A DNA stretch of 64,000 nt from an uncultured Gemmatimonadales bacterium (GCA_963705985.1 CAVPLK010000004.1:200173-264172); one strand, 5' to 3'; positions 26,694-36,122 are shown, counted from the stretch's first letter. Notes: a model not told the origin generated them from the sequence alone. Program-made: numbers and translations.

Positions 26694-27849
26694 TCACATC
26701 CTCCGCCAGAGCCAGTCCTTTTCCAACATCACCTTGACGCCGTGCCAGAGCCGTCCAGGCGGCCGCAATGTGATCTGGGGGACTGGCTCGGCATAGAAGT
26801 TCCCTTTCCCAAATCCTGCCTTGCCGTCGCCCACTTCAATGAAGCAGCCACCATCCCCCGTGAACATGCCCGGCTTCCCTTTGCCGGTAATGCGGTGCGC
26901 GATATTGCCGGCTACTACCTCGGCCTGGGCGCCGGCGAACACACCGGCCTTCGGCAGCGGCTTCCCAAGGGCGAGGGGAATGGACACGACATCTCCCAAT
27001 GCGAAGACCCCCGCATAGTCGGTTTGCATGGTGCTCCGGTCGACCGAGACCCACCCACCGGCGCTGGCAAGCCCCGACGCACGCACCACGGCGGGCACCC
27101 GGTGCGGCGGCACATAGGCCAGCAGGTCGTAGCTCGCCTCAGCCCCATTCGCGAATTGGAGGCGCCGAGCAGCAGCGTCCACGCTCAGAACCTGGTGTTC
27201 CGGATGGTAGCCGATGCCCTTGGCCTCGATCATCTGGCGAACAGCCGCAGACACCGATGCACCGGCGACGCCCATGGGGCCGGGTTCCGCTGCGTAGAGC
27301 ACGAGTTCCGTCGCGTCACGGATACGCCGCTTGCGGCAGGCAGCCTCGAGCAGCATGGCGGTCTCATACGGCGCCGCCGGACACTTGTAGGCCGGCGCGG
27401 CAGTCAGGACGATCAACCTTCCGCCCGACAAAGCTGGCGAACGCATCTCGAAACCCCTTCGCGCCTTCCAGCGTGTAGACATTGTGCCCCGCGCTGGCCA
27501 GACCGGGAATGGACTCCGGCGCGAGTTCGGCTCCGAGGGCGATGATCAGGACATCGCCGATGAGCCGGCGCCCGGACACCGTGACCTCCCTCGCCTCGGG
27601 GTCGATGCGTTCAATCTCGCCGTGGACGACTTCGATTCCCTGTCGCACCAGCCCGTTAAGCGACTTCGAAATCTGATTCTCCGTCCGATCGCCGGTCGTC
27701 AGCCAGATCAGGGACGGCGCAAACACGAACGACGGGGCTCGTTCAATGAGGACCACCCGGTGGGGTTTGGGAAGCAGAGCACGGAGCCTGGTGGCCGCCG
27801 CGATCCCGCCGATTCCACCGCCGAGCACCAGGATAATCCGTGTAGGCAT
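26694..27849 (-). pseudogene. SQR-like FAD-dependent pyridine nucleotide-disulfide oxidoreductase, one frameshift at about 27425
   Basis: RIILVLGGGIGGIAAA (GxGxxG)...DAFASFVG|GRLIVLTAAPAYKCPAAPYE...VFALGDV. The switch coincides with the CCC run at 27424-27426 (plus strand). Confidence 0.8.
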
Positions 27850-27858
27850 CGACCCTCC

Positions 27859-28209
27859 CTAGAACACCAGTGTCTGGTCCGCTTCCGCGGTCCAGGTGGT
27901 CCATTCCTCGAGCGAGCTGCGGCGAGCACCATCGAGGAGCTCCGGTTCGGCGATTCCTCTCGCGTCCATGCAGGTACCGCAGACGCCGACCTGTCCGCCC
28001 TGCCGGATCACCGCGCTGAGCATGGTTTGGATGTTGTAGTAGCCGTTGGGAACCTTCTGGCCGCTCTTGGCGCAACTGGCGGCATCCCCAGCCAGGAAGA
28101 CGCGCACCTCGACGCCAGGACGTTTGGCCAACGAGCCCGCCAGTCGCAGCCCGTTGTACGAGCGCTCCGATCCGTACGGGCCATCGTTGAGGGTGACAAG
28201 GAACATCAT
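27859..28209 (-). CDS. DsrE/TusD-family sulfur-relay protein
   Basis: AGGAGG RBS. MMFLVTLNDGPYGSERSYNGLRLAGSL...VFLAGDAASCAKSGQKVPNGYYN...VCGTCMDARGI. ATGA overlap with the upstream regulator. Confidence 0.8.
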   Translation of the reverse strand: MMFLVTLNDGPYGSERSYNGLRLAGSLAKRPGVEVRVFLAGDAASCAKSGQKVPNGYYNIQTMLSAVIRQGGQVGVCGTCMDARGIAEPELLDGARRSSLEEWTTWTAEADQTLVF

Positions 28210-28886
28210 GCGGCCTCCTCTTTTCCCCTGACCTCGACCGGAAGCCCGGCAGCGCGCCATTCCGGAAACCCGTCCCTGAGTCGCCTGGCCGAGCGTCCAC
28301 GTTTCCTGAGCAACTCGACCGCCTGGAATGCCATGACGCAATACGGCCCTCGGCAGTATGCGACAAACTCGCCATCGACGGGAAGCTGGCGCATGCGCTT
28401 CTCCAGTTGATTGATCGGAATCGACACGGCACCAGGAATGTGCCCCGAGCGGTACTCCTCGACCGGCCGAACGTCCAGGACGGTGACCGTCCCTGCACGG
28501 GCCCTCTCCAGCAGGCCCTCGCGGGCTACCGGCTCGAGATGATCCCGATCAGTGAAGTACATCTCGACCATGGCGCCCACCTCGGACACGTGGCGCTCGG
28601 CGAGCGCGCGGATCATCCGTGCAAGGTCATACACCCCGGGTTCTGTCAGGCGGTAGAAGACATAAAGCCCGGCTTTCCGGGCCTGGACCAGGCCGGATTC
28701 GCGGAGGACTTGCAGATGATGGGAGGTGTTCGCGACGGATTGCCCCGTCTCCCGGGCGAGCACCTCGACGACACGCTCTCCCTGGGCAAGCACTTCAAGC
28801 AGTTCCAGTCGTCGAGGGCTGGCGGCCGCCTTTCCGACCCGGGCGAGCTGCGCGTAGAGGAGGTTCTTGGGCCTGCGGTGGGACAT
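28206..28886 (-). CDS. ArsR/SmtB-family transcriptional regulator fused to a rhodanese domain
   Basis: PRRLELLEVLAQGERVVEVLARETGQSVANTSHHLQVLRESGLV (wHTH), then VLDVRPVEEYRSGHIPGAVSIP...VAYCRGPYCVMA (rhodanese active-site Cys loop). Confidence 0.9.
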   Translation of the reverse strand: MSHRRPKNLLYAQLARVGKAAASPRRLELLEVLAQGERVVEVLARETGQSVANTSHHLQVLRESGLVQARKAGLYVFYRLTEPGVYDLARMIRALAERHVSEVGAMVEMYFTDRDHLEPVAREGLLERARAGTVTVLDVRPVEEYRSGHIPGAVSIPINQLEKRMRQLPVDGEFVAYCRGPYCVMAFQAVELLRKRGRSARRLRDGFPEWRAAGLPVEVRGKEEAA

Positions 28887-28905
28887 GGAGGAACCCTTGA
28901 CGGAG

Positions 28906-28927
28906 TATTCAAAAGAGTATTTGAATA
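28906..28927. promoter_or_regulatory. AT-rich inverted repeat, candidate ArsR operator
   Basis: TATTCAAA-agagta-TTTGAATA, 20-41 nt upstream of the regulator start (28886) in an otherwise GC-rich region. Overlapping GAGTATT direct repeats are present. Confidence 0.45.
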
Positions 28928-29102
28928 TACTGAATTGTCAAGAACGGGATGTGCCGGAAGCCGGGACGGATGGGGAGGATGGTGGGGGCCGCTCGACAGT
29001 GGCGGTGGGCAAGTGCGGAGGGCTGCGCTGCAGCGCGCCCTCCGCGACCCTCGCCGATGACGGCCGAGGGCTTGAAGCGGCATCCGGCCATGGGCAGGCT
29101 GC

Positions 29103-29507
29103 TTATTGCATCTGCACCGCGAAATTGATGGTGCCCGTGTAGTGCGCGAGCGTCACACCGATCTTCCAGGGGCCAGCCGATCCGGTCGGAGGTGTGATAT
29201 CACCGCTGGCTGGAACGTTGCCGTTGTAGATGACGGCCCCGCCGGCGTCCTTGATACTGAGGGTGACGGTCCCGGAAGTAGTGTTCGTGGCGGGGTGAAT
29301 CACGACGCTGCCGGAGGAGGCGTTCCAAGTGTACGAAACGGCGTCGCTGACGTCTGCGAGCCCGGTCGCCTGAAAGCTGAAGGCGATGTTGGGCGTATTC
29401 ACGACCTCGGGCTGGAACTGGGGGCCCAGGGCGTTGTCACTACCGCAGGCCGCTGCCAACAACGCCAGCGCCAGCGTAGACAGGGTGAGGCGAAAGTTGG
29501 TGCGCAT
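29103..29507 (-). CDS. Lipoprotein, unknown function
   Basis: Lipobox LALLAAAC and a beta-rich 134-aa body. I recognise no family motif. Confidence 0.6.
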   Translation of the reverse strand: MRTNFRLTLSTLALALLAAACGSDNALGPQFQPEVVNTPNIAFSFQATGLADVSDAVSYTWNASSGSVVIHPATNTTSGTVTLSIKDAGGAVIYNGNVPASGDITPPTGSAGPWKIGVTLAHYTGTINFAVQMQ

Positions 29508-29632
29508 GGGACAATCCTCCGTAAGTGAGTATGATCCGCCAAATCGCGAATCTCACTTCGCTGGCGGTAGTGCCGGGAAATGAGGCAATCCACAGACCGG
29601 ACCGAGCCGAAAGAGGTTTGCGGCGCTAACGG

Positions 29633-29648
29633 GATGTTGCACAACATC
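29633..29648. promoter_or_regulatory. Perfect 16-bp palindrome GATGTTGCACAACATC
   Basis: Read directly. It lies about 125 nt upstream of the lipoprotein start (29507) in a lower-GC intergenic region. Confidence 0.3.
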
Positions 29649-29697
29649 TTGCGTGAGCGGGCAACCGATTCAACCGAGGTGTTTCTGTTATGGGGGA

Positions 29698-29714
29698 TGT
29701 ATCGACACGATACA
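29698..29714. promoter_or_regulatory. Perfect palindrome TGTATCG-aca-CGATACA
   Basis: Read directly, in the same intergenic region. Confidence 0.3.
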
Positions 29715-29763
29715 AACATTTCATATCGATGCAGGCGGACCGTGCGAACCGCCGGAGTGACGA

Positions 29764-29793
29764 CAGCAAAAGGGGCGCATCATTGTGCGCCCC
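29764..29793 (-). terminator. Rho-independent terminator of the membrane-protein/exonuclease operon
   Basis: The minus strand reads GGGGCGCA-caatga-TGCGCCCC-TTTTGCTG. It starts about 36 nt after the stop at 29829. Confidence 0.7.
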
Positions 29794-29828
29794 CCACACC
29801 GCGGCCGCAGATGGGCTCTGCCGCTCCG

Positions 29829-30323
29829 CTACGCGCCGAGAAGATTCCGCCCAATCCCCGGATGCTTCCGCCGCAGGTAGGACCCCGCCACCCATACCGC
29901 CACCGAATTCGCAACGACGATCGACCACCAGGGTAACAGCGCGCGCATCGGCGCCGTCAGCATCCCCACCGCCACGATCGTCACCACGAATCCCGCCACG
30001 ATGGTGAACAGCATCGCCTTCGCCTGCGACGGGTGCGCCTCGGCCTGTGCGATGAGTCGCACCACGATCAACCCGATGGCGAGCGACATAACCAGGTGCA
30101 GGGCGTTGTACCAGAAGATGACGCCCAGGTCGACCGGAATCGGACGCTGCAGGATGCTCGGATCGCGGACCCCTTCGAAGACCGCCAGCCCGAGCAGGTT
30201 GACGGTGAAGAGCGGCCCCCGCGCGGCCAGGAAATCAAAGGCGGCGTAGAAAACGGCGACAGCCGCATAGGCGACCAATCCAACCCGCAATCCCTCCCGC
30301 ATGACCCTGATCTCACCTGACAT
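29829..30323 (-). CDS. Integral membrane protein, unknown function
   Basis: Four to five hydrophobic segments (VGLVAYAAVAVFYAAF.., LHLVMSLAIGLIVVRLI.., MLFTIVAGFVVTIVAVGML..). The start is taken at MSGEIRV. No family is recognised. Confidence 0.55.
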   Translation of the reverse strand: MSGEIRVMREGLRVGLVAYAAVAVFYAAFDFLAARGPLFTVNLLGLAVFEGVRDPSILQRPIPVDLGVIFWYNALHLVMSLAIGLIVVRLIAQAEAHPSQAKAMLFTIVAGFVVTIVAVGMLTAPMRALLPWWSIVVANSVAVWVAGSYLRRKHPGIGRNLLGA

Positions 30324-30361
30324 GGCAACCCCCGATGTGAGTCTCCCGCTGCAGGGCGGGA

Positions 30362-31252
30362 CTAGCCTGCCTCCGTGTATCTGCTTCGCGCATCCAGACG
30401 ATCCACCCGCCACCCCTTGCCGCCTCCGTACACCTCCGCGGAGAGCCACGCCTGCTCTTCCTCCAGCTCGCTCTCGGAGATGGAGATATACCATGCCTTC
30501 GGCAGTCCACCCTCGCCACCGCTCCAGCGATACCGCCGCTGCTTCAGCACGTCCTTCTTGTCGTATGCGGAGTTCAGCGCCCAGACCTTGAACGACGGGG
30601 TTCGGGCCGAGGCAAGAAGAAGTTGCATCGGGAGCCTGCCATCGTCAAACGGTTCCTGCAGCAGCCGGAGCACGGCGTGGCAATCGGCGTCGGCGCGGTG
30701 CCCGTCGAAAAAGAGCCCGCACCGCTTCATCAGGAGGAACTCGAGCGCCCCGGAGCTGGCGCCCAGTGCCTTCCACGGGACTTCACGTTGAGAACAGGCC
30801 CATGCCTTTCCCTTGAAGACCGGGAGCCGACGGTCCACGAACGGCCGGTCGAATCCGGCGTTGTGAGCGATCACCAGCCCGACATCGGTCAGCATGGCGC
30901 CCACTGCCTCGACGTCGATCGACTTCCCGGCCACCATGCCGTCGGTGATGCTGGTGAGCCGTGTCACCTCGGCCGGGATCGGGCGGCCAGGGTCCTCGAG
31001 GTGGCTGACCGCCGCTCCCACAGTGAGGATCCGGCCGCTCTCCTTTTCGAACTCGAACGGCACGCCGCAGAACTCGATGATCTTGTCGCGCGCCGTGTCG
31101 AGCCCCGTCGTCTCCACATCCACCACGACACCCTTGGCCGTGGCCGTACCGTCGCCCTCATGATACCGCGCGGGCGGCACGAAGCGACGGAGCACCCGAT
31201 AGTCCGGTGACGCCTCGAGTTTCGTGGCAACCGCTTCAAGCTTGTCGGTCAT
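30362..31252 (-). CDS. DEDDh (DnaQ-like) 3'-5' exonuclease with a C-terminal extension
   Basis: VVVDVETTGLD (Exo I), IAHNAGFDRPF (Exo II), HRADADCHA (Exo III, DEDDh). The start is taken at the Met giving an ATGA overlap with the upstream SBP stop. Confidence 0.8.
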   Translation of the reverse strand: MTDKLEAVATKLEASPDYRVLRRFVPPARYHEGDGTATAKGVVVDVETTGLDTARDKIIEFCGVPFEFEKESGRILTVGAAVSHLEDPGRPIPAEVTRLTSITDGMVAGKSIDVEAVGAMLTDVGLVIAHNAGFDRPFVDRRLPVFKGKAWACSQREVPWKALGASSGALEFLLMKRCGLFFDGHRADADCHAVLRLLQEPFDDGRLPMQLLLASARTPSFKVWALNSAYDKKDVLKQRRYRWSGGEGGLPKAWYISISESELEEEQAWLSAEVYGGGKGWRVDRLDARSRYTEAG

Positions 31253-32859
31253 CGGCGTGGCCCCACTCGCCACCCGGAGAGATCGCTCAGCCAGGAGTAG
31301 GGGTTGATGGTGACCCCCTCGACCCTGCGCGACACACCGGCCACCTGCATCGGCGCATACAGGAAGAGCGCCGGGGCGTCGGCGTTCAGGGTATCCATGG
31401 CGGCGCGGTACAGGGGACCGGCCGCCGCCGTGTCTGGTGCAGCGACCGCCCGGGCGAAGAGTGCGTCAAACTGCGGGTTGTCGTAGCGCCCGAAGTTGAG
31501 CTTGCCCCAGCCGCTTCGTGCCCACTGGTCGGCCAGGCCGCGCGGGCTCGGCTCATCGAGCCAGGCGCCGACGTAGCTGTCGAAGGCGCCCGCCGCCAGC
31601 CGCTGGCTGAAGACCGGGAAGTCCACCGCGGTGACCGTCACCTCCACGCCAAGCAGCTTCCACGACTGCTGCAGTGCCTGGGCGAGGTCCTTCCGTGTCG
31701 GGCTGGTGCCGGGGACAAGGATGTCAAACGTGAGCATCTCCGATCCGCGCCGCCGCACGCCGTCGCCGCCGCGGGTCCACCCGATCGAATCGAGCAGGCG
31801 ACCGGCGGCGGCAGAATCAAAGGGCAGGACGTGAATATCGGGGCTGTTGATCCAGAGCAACTGCGACATCGGACCGGAGGGCGCCACGGTCCCGTCGCCA
31901 AAAATGCCGACGGCCAGCAGCGGACGGTCGATGCCCAGGGCAAGCGCGCGGCGGAGGGCCCGGTCCCCCAGCAGCGGATGCCGCCTGTCCTTGGGGTTCA
32001 TGAGCTGGAATCCCAGGAACCCGTAGGCCGCCGAGGGATAGTGAATCAATTGAATGTTGGTATCGGAGGCCACGCGGGCCACGCGGGACGGCGGGCCGAG
32101 TTGCTCGACCAGATCGGCTTCGCCCGAGAGGAGGAGGTTGACGGCGGCATCGGGATCAGGCACGAAGCGCCAGATGACACGATCAATCGCGCCCCCGCTA
32201 CTCTGGTCCGCCTCGAGCCGGAGCGACTGCGCCGGCACCCACTCGGCCACCCGGAACCTGCCGCTTCCCACCACATGTGAAAGCGCGGTGTCCCCTTCCC
32301 ACTGTTCACGCGGAATCGCCTCCCAGATGTGCGCCGGGAGAATCCGTACGTGCCAGGTCGCGTCGTACCACTGTTCGGGATAAGTGCGGGCAAAGCGAAC
32401 CAGTACGGTGGAGGAGTCCACGGCCTCGACCGTTGCCTGGCCGGTGAGCGCCGGCCCCGCTTCCGTATCGAGCGCCGGATCAGTGTAGACGGCAAACGAG
32501 AACACCACGTCCTGGGCAGTCACGGGCACACCGTCCTGCCACACCGCATCGGGCCGCAGGTGGAAACGGAGCGTCAGGCTGTCCATCCGCTCCCATCGGT
32601 CGGCAAGCGCCGGGCGGTAGCCGGCGGGATCGATTGGCGCGGCCCCCGGCGCCAGGTCTGCGAGCCGCTCGAAAACCTGGTCGGTGATGTCGCGCCCGAC
32701 CGTCTCATAGACCAGCGGAGGGAACAGCGACGACGGTTCGCCTGCGGCCGCGATGACCAGGGTGCCGCACTCCTCGCACGCCAGCGACCGGTCCGACGCG
32801 CAACCCGCCAGCGCCGTCAGGAGGGCCAGCGCAGCCCCGGCGCGTCTTGCGACAGTCAC
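31249..32859 (-). CDS. ABC transporter substrate-binding lipoprotein, family 5 (peptide/nickel type)
   Basis: GTG start (GTGA overlap with the PspC stop). Lipobox LTALAGC. ...LADRWERMDSLTLRFHLRPDAVWQDGVPVTAQDVVFSF... Confidence 0.85.
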   Translation of the reverse strand: MTVARRAGAALALLTALAGCASDRSLACEECGTLVIAAAGEPSSLFPPLVYETVGRDITDQVFERLADLAPGAAPIDPAGYRPALADRWERMDSLTLRFHLRPDAVWQDGVPVTAQDVVFSFAVYTDPALDTEAGPALTGQATVEAVDSSTVLVRFARTYPEQWYDATWHVRILPAHIWEAIPREQWEGDTALSHVVGSGRFRVAEWVPAQSLRLEADQSSGGAIDRVIWRFVPDPDAAVNLLLSGEADLVEQLGPPSRVARVASDTNIQLIHYPSAAYGFLGFQLMNPKDRRHPLLGDRALRRALALGIDRPLLAVGIFGDGTVAPSGPMSQLLWINSPDIHVLPFDSAAAGRLLDSIGWTRGGDGVRRRGSEMLTFDILVPGTSPTRKDLAQALQQSWKLLGVEVTVTAVDFPVFSQRLAAGAFDSYVGAWLDEPSPRGLADQWARSGWGKLNFGRYDNPQFDALFARAVAAPDTAAAGPLYRAAMDTLNADAPALFLYAPMQVAGVSRRVEGVTINPYSWLSDLSGWRVGPRR

Positions 32860-33065
32860 GTCGCGTCCTGATCTTCGGGAATCACCATCCAGAGGACGAT
32901 GTACACCAGGATGCCGGGGAATGCCGCGGAGACAATGGACGCCACGACATAACCAGCCCGCACCAGCGTGGGATCGAGGTCAAAGTACTCGGCGAGCCCG
33001 CCGAGGACGCCAGCGATCATGCGGTTCTTGCGGGACCGGTGAAGGGGGCGGGTTGAACTGGACAT
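32856..33065 (-). CDS. PspC-domain membrane protein
   Basis: LHRSRKNRMIAGVLGGLAEYFDLDPTLVRAGYVV...ILVYIVLWMVIP. 69 aa. The start is taken at MSSSTRP. Confidence 0.8.
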   Translation of the reverse strand: MSSSTRPLHRSRKNRMIAGVLGGLAEYFDLDPTLVRAGYVVASIVSAAFPGILVYIVLWMVIPEDQDAT

Positions 33066-33152
33066 CGAAGGGTCCTTGTGAGGGATTGGACTCAATATAA
33101 GGAGTGCCGGGGGTGGACCGTGGGCTCGCGTCGGACCCCCACGCGGGCCAAA

Positions 33153-33188
33153 CCGCTTGCCCTCGTTGCAACGTATCATTACAAGCGG
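33153..33188. promoter_or_regulatory. Nested inverted repeat, candidate enhancer (UAS) for the sigma-54 activator
   Basis: CCGCTTG-N22-CAAGCGG enclosing the 10-bp palindrome CGTTGCAACG (33164-33173). It lies 90-125 nt upstream of the -24/-12 element. Confidence 0.3.
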
Positions 33189-33277
33189 TATTCTTCCGAT
33201 GCGATTCTCGAGGACAATCAACCTGGCAGAATTGCGTAACTCACCATATGACAACATGTTAGTCCTGACGGCATTGC

Positions 33278-33292
33278 TGGCACCCGGGTTGC
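33278..33292 (+). promoter_or_regulatory. Sigma-54 (-24/-12) promoter
   Basis: TGGCAC-ccggg-TTGC matches TGGCAC-N5-TTGC, with GG to GC spacing of 12 nt. It lies 54 nt upstream of ATG 33346, with AGGAGG at 33333-33338. A sigma-54 activator is encoded in the operon it precedes. Confidence 0.75.
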
Positions 33293-33345
33293 CCTTGAGG
33301 GAGTCGAAACCATTGGCTCTTCGCACTTCTTCAGGAGGTCATAGC

Positions 33346-34116
33346 ATGTCACGCAATCGTCAGCTGGTCGGTGCCCTCGTCATTGCCGGCGCGCTCGCCG
33401 CGTGTGATTCTTCCGGCCCCGCCAGCCAGAACCCCGCAGTCTCGCTCAACATCGCCACGCGCGGTACCGCCGCAGCCGCAGCACCTGGCCTGCAGCTGAG
33501 CGGGGGGCCGGTGGAATACACCGACGGCACCAACACGCTGGTGATCAATAGCGTCGAGATGGTGGTCAAGGAAGTCGAACTCAAGCGCTCCGAGTTCAAC
33601 AGCCAGTGCGACAGCACGGCCTCGGAGGATGAATGCGAGGAGCTCGAGTCGGGTCCCTACCTGCTCGACCTGCCGCTTTCCGCCGGCGCCACCTCGGTAG
33701 TGACCGTGGACGTGCTGCCGGGGACCTATGACGAATTCGAGTTCAAGATTCACACCCCCTCTGACGACGCGGAGAACGCCGCCTTCCTGGCCGCCCATCC
33801 CGATTTCGAGGGCGTCAGCATCCGGGTGACCGGCACGTGGAACGGCGCCGCGTTCACCTACGAGACCGACGTCAGTGCCGAGCAGGAGATGGACCTGGTG
33901 CCGCCGCTCGTCGTCACCGATGCCGGGACCTCCGACTTCACCCTGTACATTGATATCGGCACCTGGTTCCGCGCCAACGACAACTCGCTCATCGACCCGT
34001 CCAGCGCCAACAACGGCGGTCCGAACGAGAGTATCGTCAACAGCAACATCACCAACTCGTTCGACGCTTTCGAGGACGAAGACCACGACGGCCACGACGA
34101 CCACGGAGGGGATTGA
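33346..34116 (+). CDS. Lipoprotein (DUF4382-like) with an acidic/His-rich C-terminal tail
   Basis: Lipobox AGALAAC. ...LVINSVEMVVKEVELK...YLLDLPL...VLPGTYDEFEFKI... Tail FEDEDHDGHDDHGGD. Confidence 0.7.
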   Translation: MSRNRQLVGALVIAGALAACDSSGPASQNPAVSLNIATRGTAAAAAPGLQLSGGPVEYTDGTNTLVINSVEMVVKEVELKRSEFNSQCDSTASEDECEELESGPYLLDLPLSAGATSVVTVDVLPGTYDEFEFKIHTPSDDAENAAFLAAHPDFEGVSIRVTGTWNGAAFTYETDVSAEQEMDLVPPLVVTDAGTSDFTLYIDIGTWFRANDNSLIDPSSANNGGPNESIVNSNITNSFDAFEDEDHDGHDDHGGD

Positions 34117-34133
34117 CCTGACCACGGCACGGC

Positions 34134-35471
34134 ATGGCTGAACGCACCCCGATTGTGGAGGCTGTCGTCATCAGCGACAGCTTCCATGGGTCGCTCGCCG
34201 ACCTGGTGAAGGAGGTGGGGGGGCGACTGTCCACACGGACAGCCGGGGGCGAAGCCCCGGCCGAAATCCCGGCAGCGGTGATCGTGATGGCAGGAGGACG
34301 GGAGGGGGAGGCGCTGGCACAGTTGCCTCCGCTCGGCGCCGCTCCCTGGTATTTCATCGGCTCGACGGTGGACCACCGCATTGCGGCCGCGGCCGTCCGG
34401 GCCGGTGCGAGCGACTACCTGGTCCTGCCGGAAGACCTCGACGTCCTGCGGCGCTCGCTCGAGCGGGACATCCGGACCGCGCGCGCCCGGGTGGACGCGG
34501 CGGAATTTGCCGCCGAGGAGGGTACTGGCGCCGGCTTCGCGGCCATCGTGGGCCAGAGCCCCGACCTGGTCGCCGTACTCGACCAGGCAAAACGGGTCGC
34601 CCGCCACGCCGATGTCACGGTCCTCCTTGGCGGCGAGACCGGCACCGGCAAGGAGCTCCTGGCGCGGGCCATTCACTACGCGAGCCCCCGCGCCGCCCAA
34701 CCGTTCGTGGAGGTGAATTGCGCGGCGATTCCGGCCAACCTCCTCGAGAGCGAGCTGTTCGGGCATGAGCGCGGCGCCTTCACGGGCGCGGTGGCCGCCA
34801 AGCCCGGACTGTTCGAGCAGGCACATGGCGGGACGCTCTTTCTCGACGAGATCGGGCAGCTACCGCTCGAGCTCCAGGGAAAGCTGCTGCGGGCGCTGGA
34901 AAACCGGGAGATTCGGCGGGTCGGCGGCACCACCACCAAGAAGGTGGACATTCGGCTCCTGGCCGCCACGCATCTCGACCTGGCTCGCGCAGTACGCGAC
35001 CAGACCTTTCGGGAGGACCTGTACTACCGGCTCAACGTCGTCCGGCTGGTGCTGCCGCCGCTACGGGACCGCGGCGCCGACCTCGTGACGCTGGCGGAGA
35101 CGTTCGCCGCCGAATTGGCGGATCGGTATGGACTCCCGATACCTGCGAGCGGCCCCGAGTTCCGTCACGCACTGCGGGCCCACGCCTGGCCGGGCAATGT
35201 GCGCGAACTGCGCAATGCGATCGAACGAGCACTGGTGCTCTCCAAGCCCGGCACGCTGGATGTCTCCGCGCTCGACTTCGGCGCGGCGCCGACTGCAGAC
35301 GAGGGGACGCCCGGCGGTGCACTTCCCTTCCCCGCCGACCTGGCCACGATCACCATGGCCGCCGTGCGGGCAACGCTCGATCTCTGCGGCGGCAACAAGA
35401 GCGCCGCCGCGCGTCAACTCGGCATTTCGCGCCCCCGGCTGCAGCGGGTGCTCGACCAGACGGACGACTGA
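34134..35471 (+). CDS. Sigma-54-dependent transcriptional activator (bEBP) with a degenerate receiver-like N-terminal domain
   Basis: GETGTGKE (Walker A), ESELFGHERGAFTGA (GAFTGA), WPGNVRELRN, HTH GGNKSAAARQLGISRPRLQRVL. The N-terminal domain has AVIVMAGGREGE where D-x-x-M-P-x-x-D-G is expected, and DYLVLP instead of DYLxKP. Confidence 0.9.
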   Translation: MAERTPIVEAVVISDSFHGSLADLVKEVGGRLSTRTAGGEAPAEIPAAVIVMAGGREGEALAQLPPLGAAPWYFIGSTVDHRIAAAAVRAGASDYLVLPEDLDVLRRSLERDIRTARARVDAAEFAAEEGTGAGFAAIVGQSPDLVAVLDQAKRVARHADVTVLLGGETGTGKELLARAIHYASPRAAQPFVEVNCAAIPANLLESELFGHERGAFTGAVAAKPGLFEQAHGGTLFLDEIGQLPLELQGKLLRALENREIRRVGGTTTKKVDIRLLAATHLDLARAVRDQTFREDLYYRLNVVRLVLPPLRDRGADLVTLAETFAAELADRYGLPIPASGPEFRHALRAHAWPGNVRELRNAIERALVLSKPGTLDVSALDFGAAPTADEGTPGGALPFPADLATITMAAVRATLDLCGGNKSAAARQLGISRPRLQRVLDQTDD

Positions 35472-35500
35472 TGCATTTCGACTTCGTGAAAGGACTTTCC

Positions 35501-36115
35501 ATGCGACCCGCCCGATTCCTTCCGCTCCTCCTGGCCGCCGCCCTGGCGGCGTGCAGCGACTCCGGCGGGCCGGACACCAGCGGCGTGAAGCCACCGAGCG
35601 AGCTGACCATCATCCGGCTCCCGGCCGGCAGTACGCCGATCTGGAATCCGGTAGACTCGTTCTACGCCAAGAAGGGCGCGGATCGCGAGCTGCGGATCTA
35701 CTTCACCAATGCCAACGGCAACGGTCCCGGCGAAGAGTACCTTCGACTGCGCGTCGACGCCCCGACCCTGCTGGCGCGCCCCGACGGGACCCTGTTCCAG
35801 GTGGGCGACTCGGTGCTCATCACAGTGCGGGTGCAGGATCCCGCGCTCGTGCAGTTCGAATTCCAGCCGGCCGGGCTCACCTTCAATCCGAGCGTGCCGG
35901 CCCAGCTCAAGATCGAGTACGGGGAGACCGGCGGCGACCTGGACGACGATGGCGACGTCGACGCCGAAGACGCGACCATCGAGCAGATCATGGGGCTCTG
36001 GCGCCAGGAACAGCCGGGTGACTCGTACCTGAAGCTCGGCAGCGTCAAGGTCGAGGAGCTCGAGGAGATCGAGGCGGACATCCTCGGCTTCACCCGGTAC
36101 GCGATCGCCTACTGA
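35501..36115 (+). CDS. Lipoprotein with an acidic DDDGDVD segment, unknown function
   Basis: Lipobox LAAALAAC. GETGGDLDDDGDVDAEDATIEQ. The alternative start ATG 35471 (TGATG overlap with the EBP stop) adds 10 aa. Confidence 0.6.
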   Translation: MRPARFLPLLLAAALAACSDSGGPDTSGVKPPSELTIIRLPAGSTPIWNPVDSFYAKKGADRELRIYFTNANGNGPGEEYLRLRVDAPTLLARPDGTLFQVGDSVLITVRVQDPALVQFEFQPAGLTFNPSVPAQLKIEYGETGGDLDDDGDVDAEDATIEQIMGLWRQEQPGDSYLKLGSVKVEELEEIEADILGFTRYAIAY

Positions 36116-36122
36116 CGACCCG

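Noticed and set aside
29555-29580. Sigma-54-like element on the minus strand upstream of the lipoprotein gene (GGCAC...GC in catttcccGGCACtaccgccaGCgaag).
   Set aside because: The GG to GC spacing is 13 nt rather than 12, and the -12 region lacks TTGC.
29655-29685. tRNA-like T-loop string (cgATTCAAccg).
   Set aside because: No complementary T-stem, acceptor stem or anticodon arm can be drawn around it.
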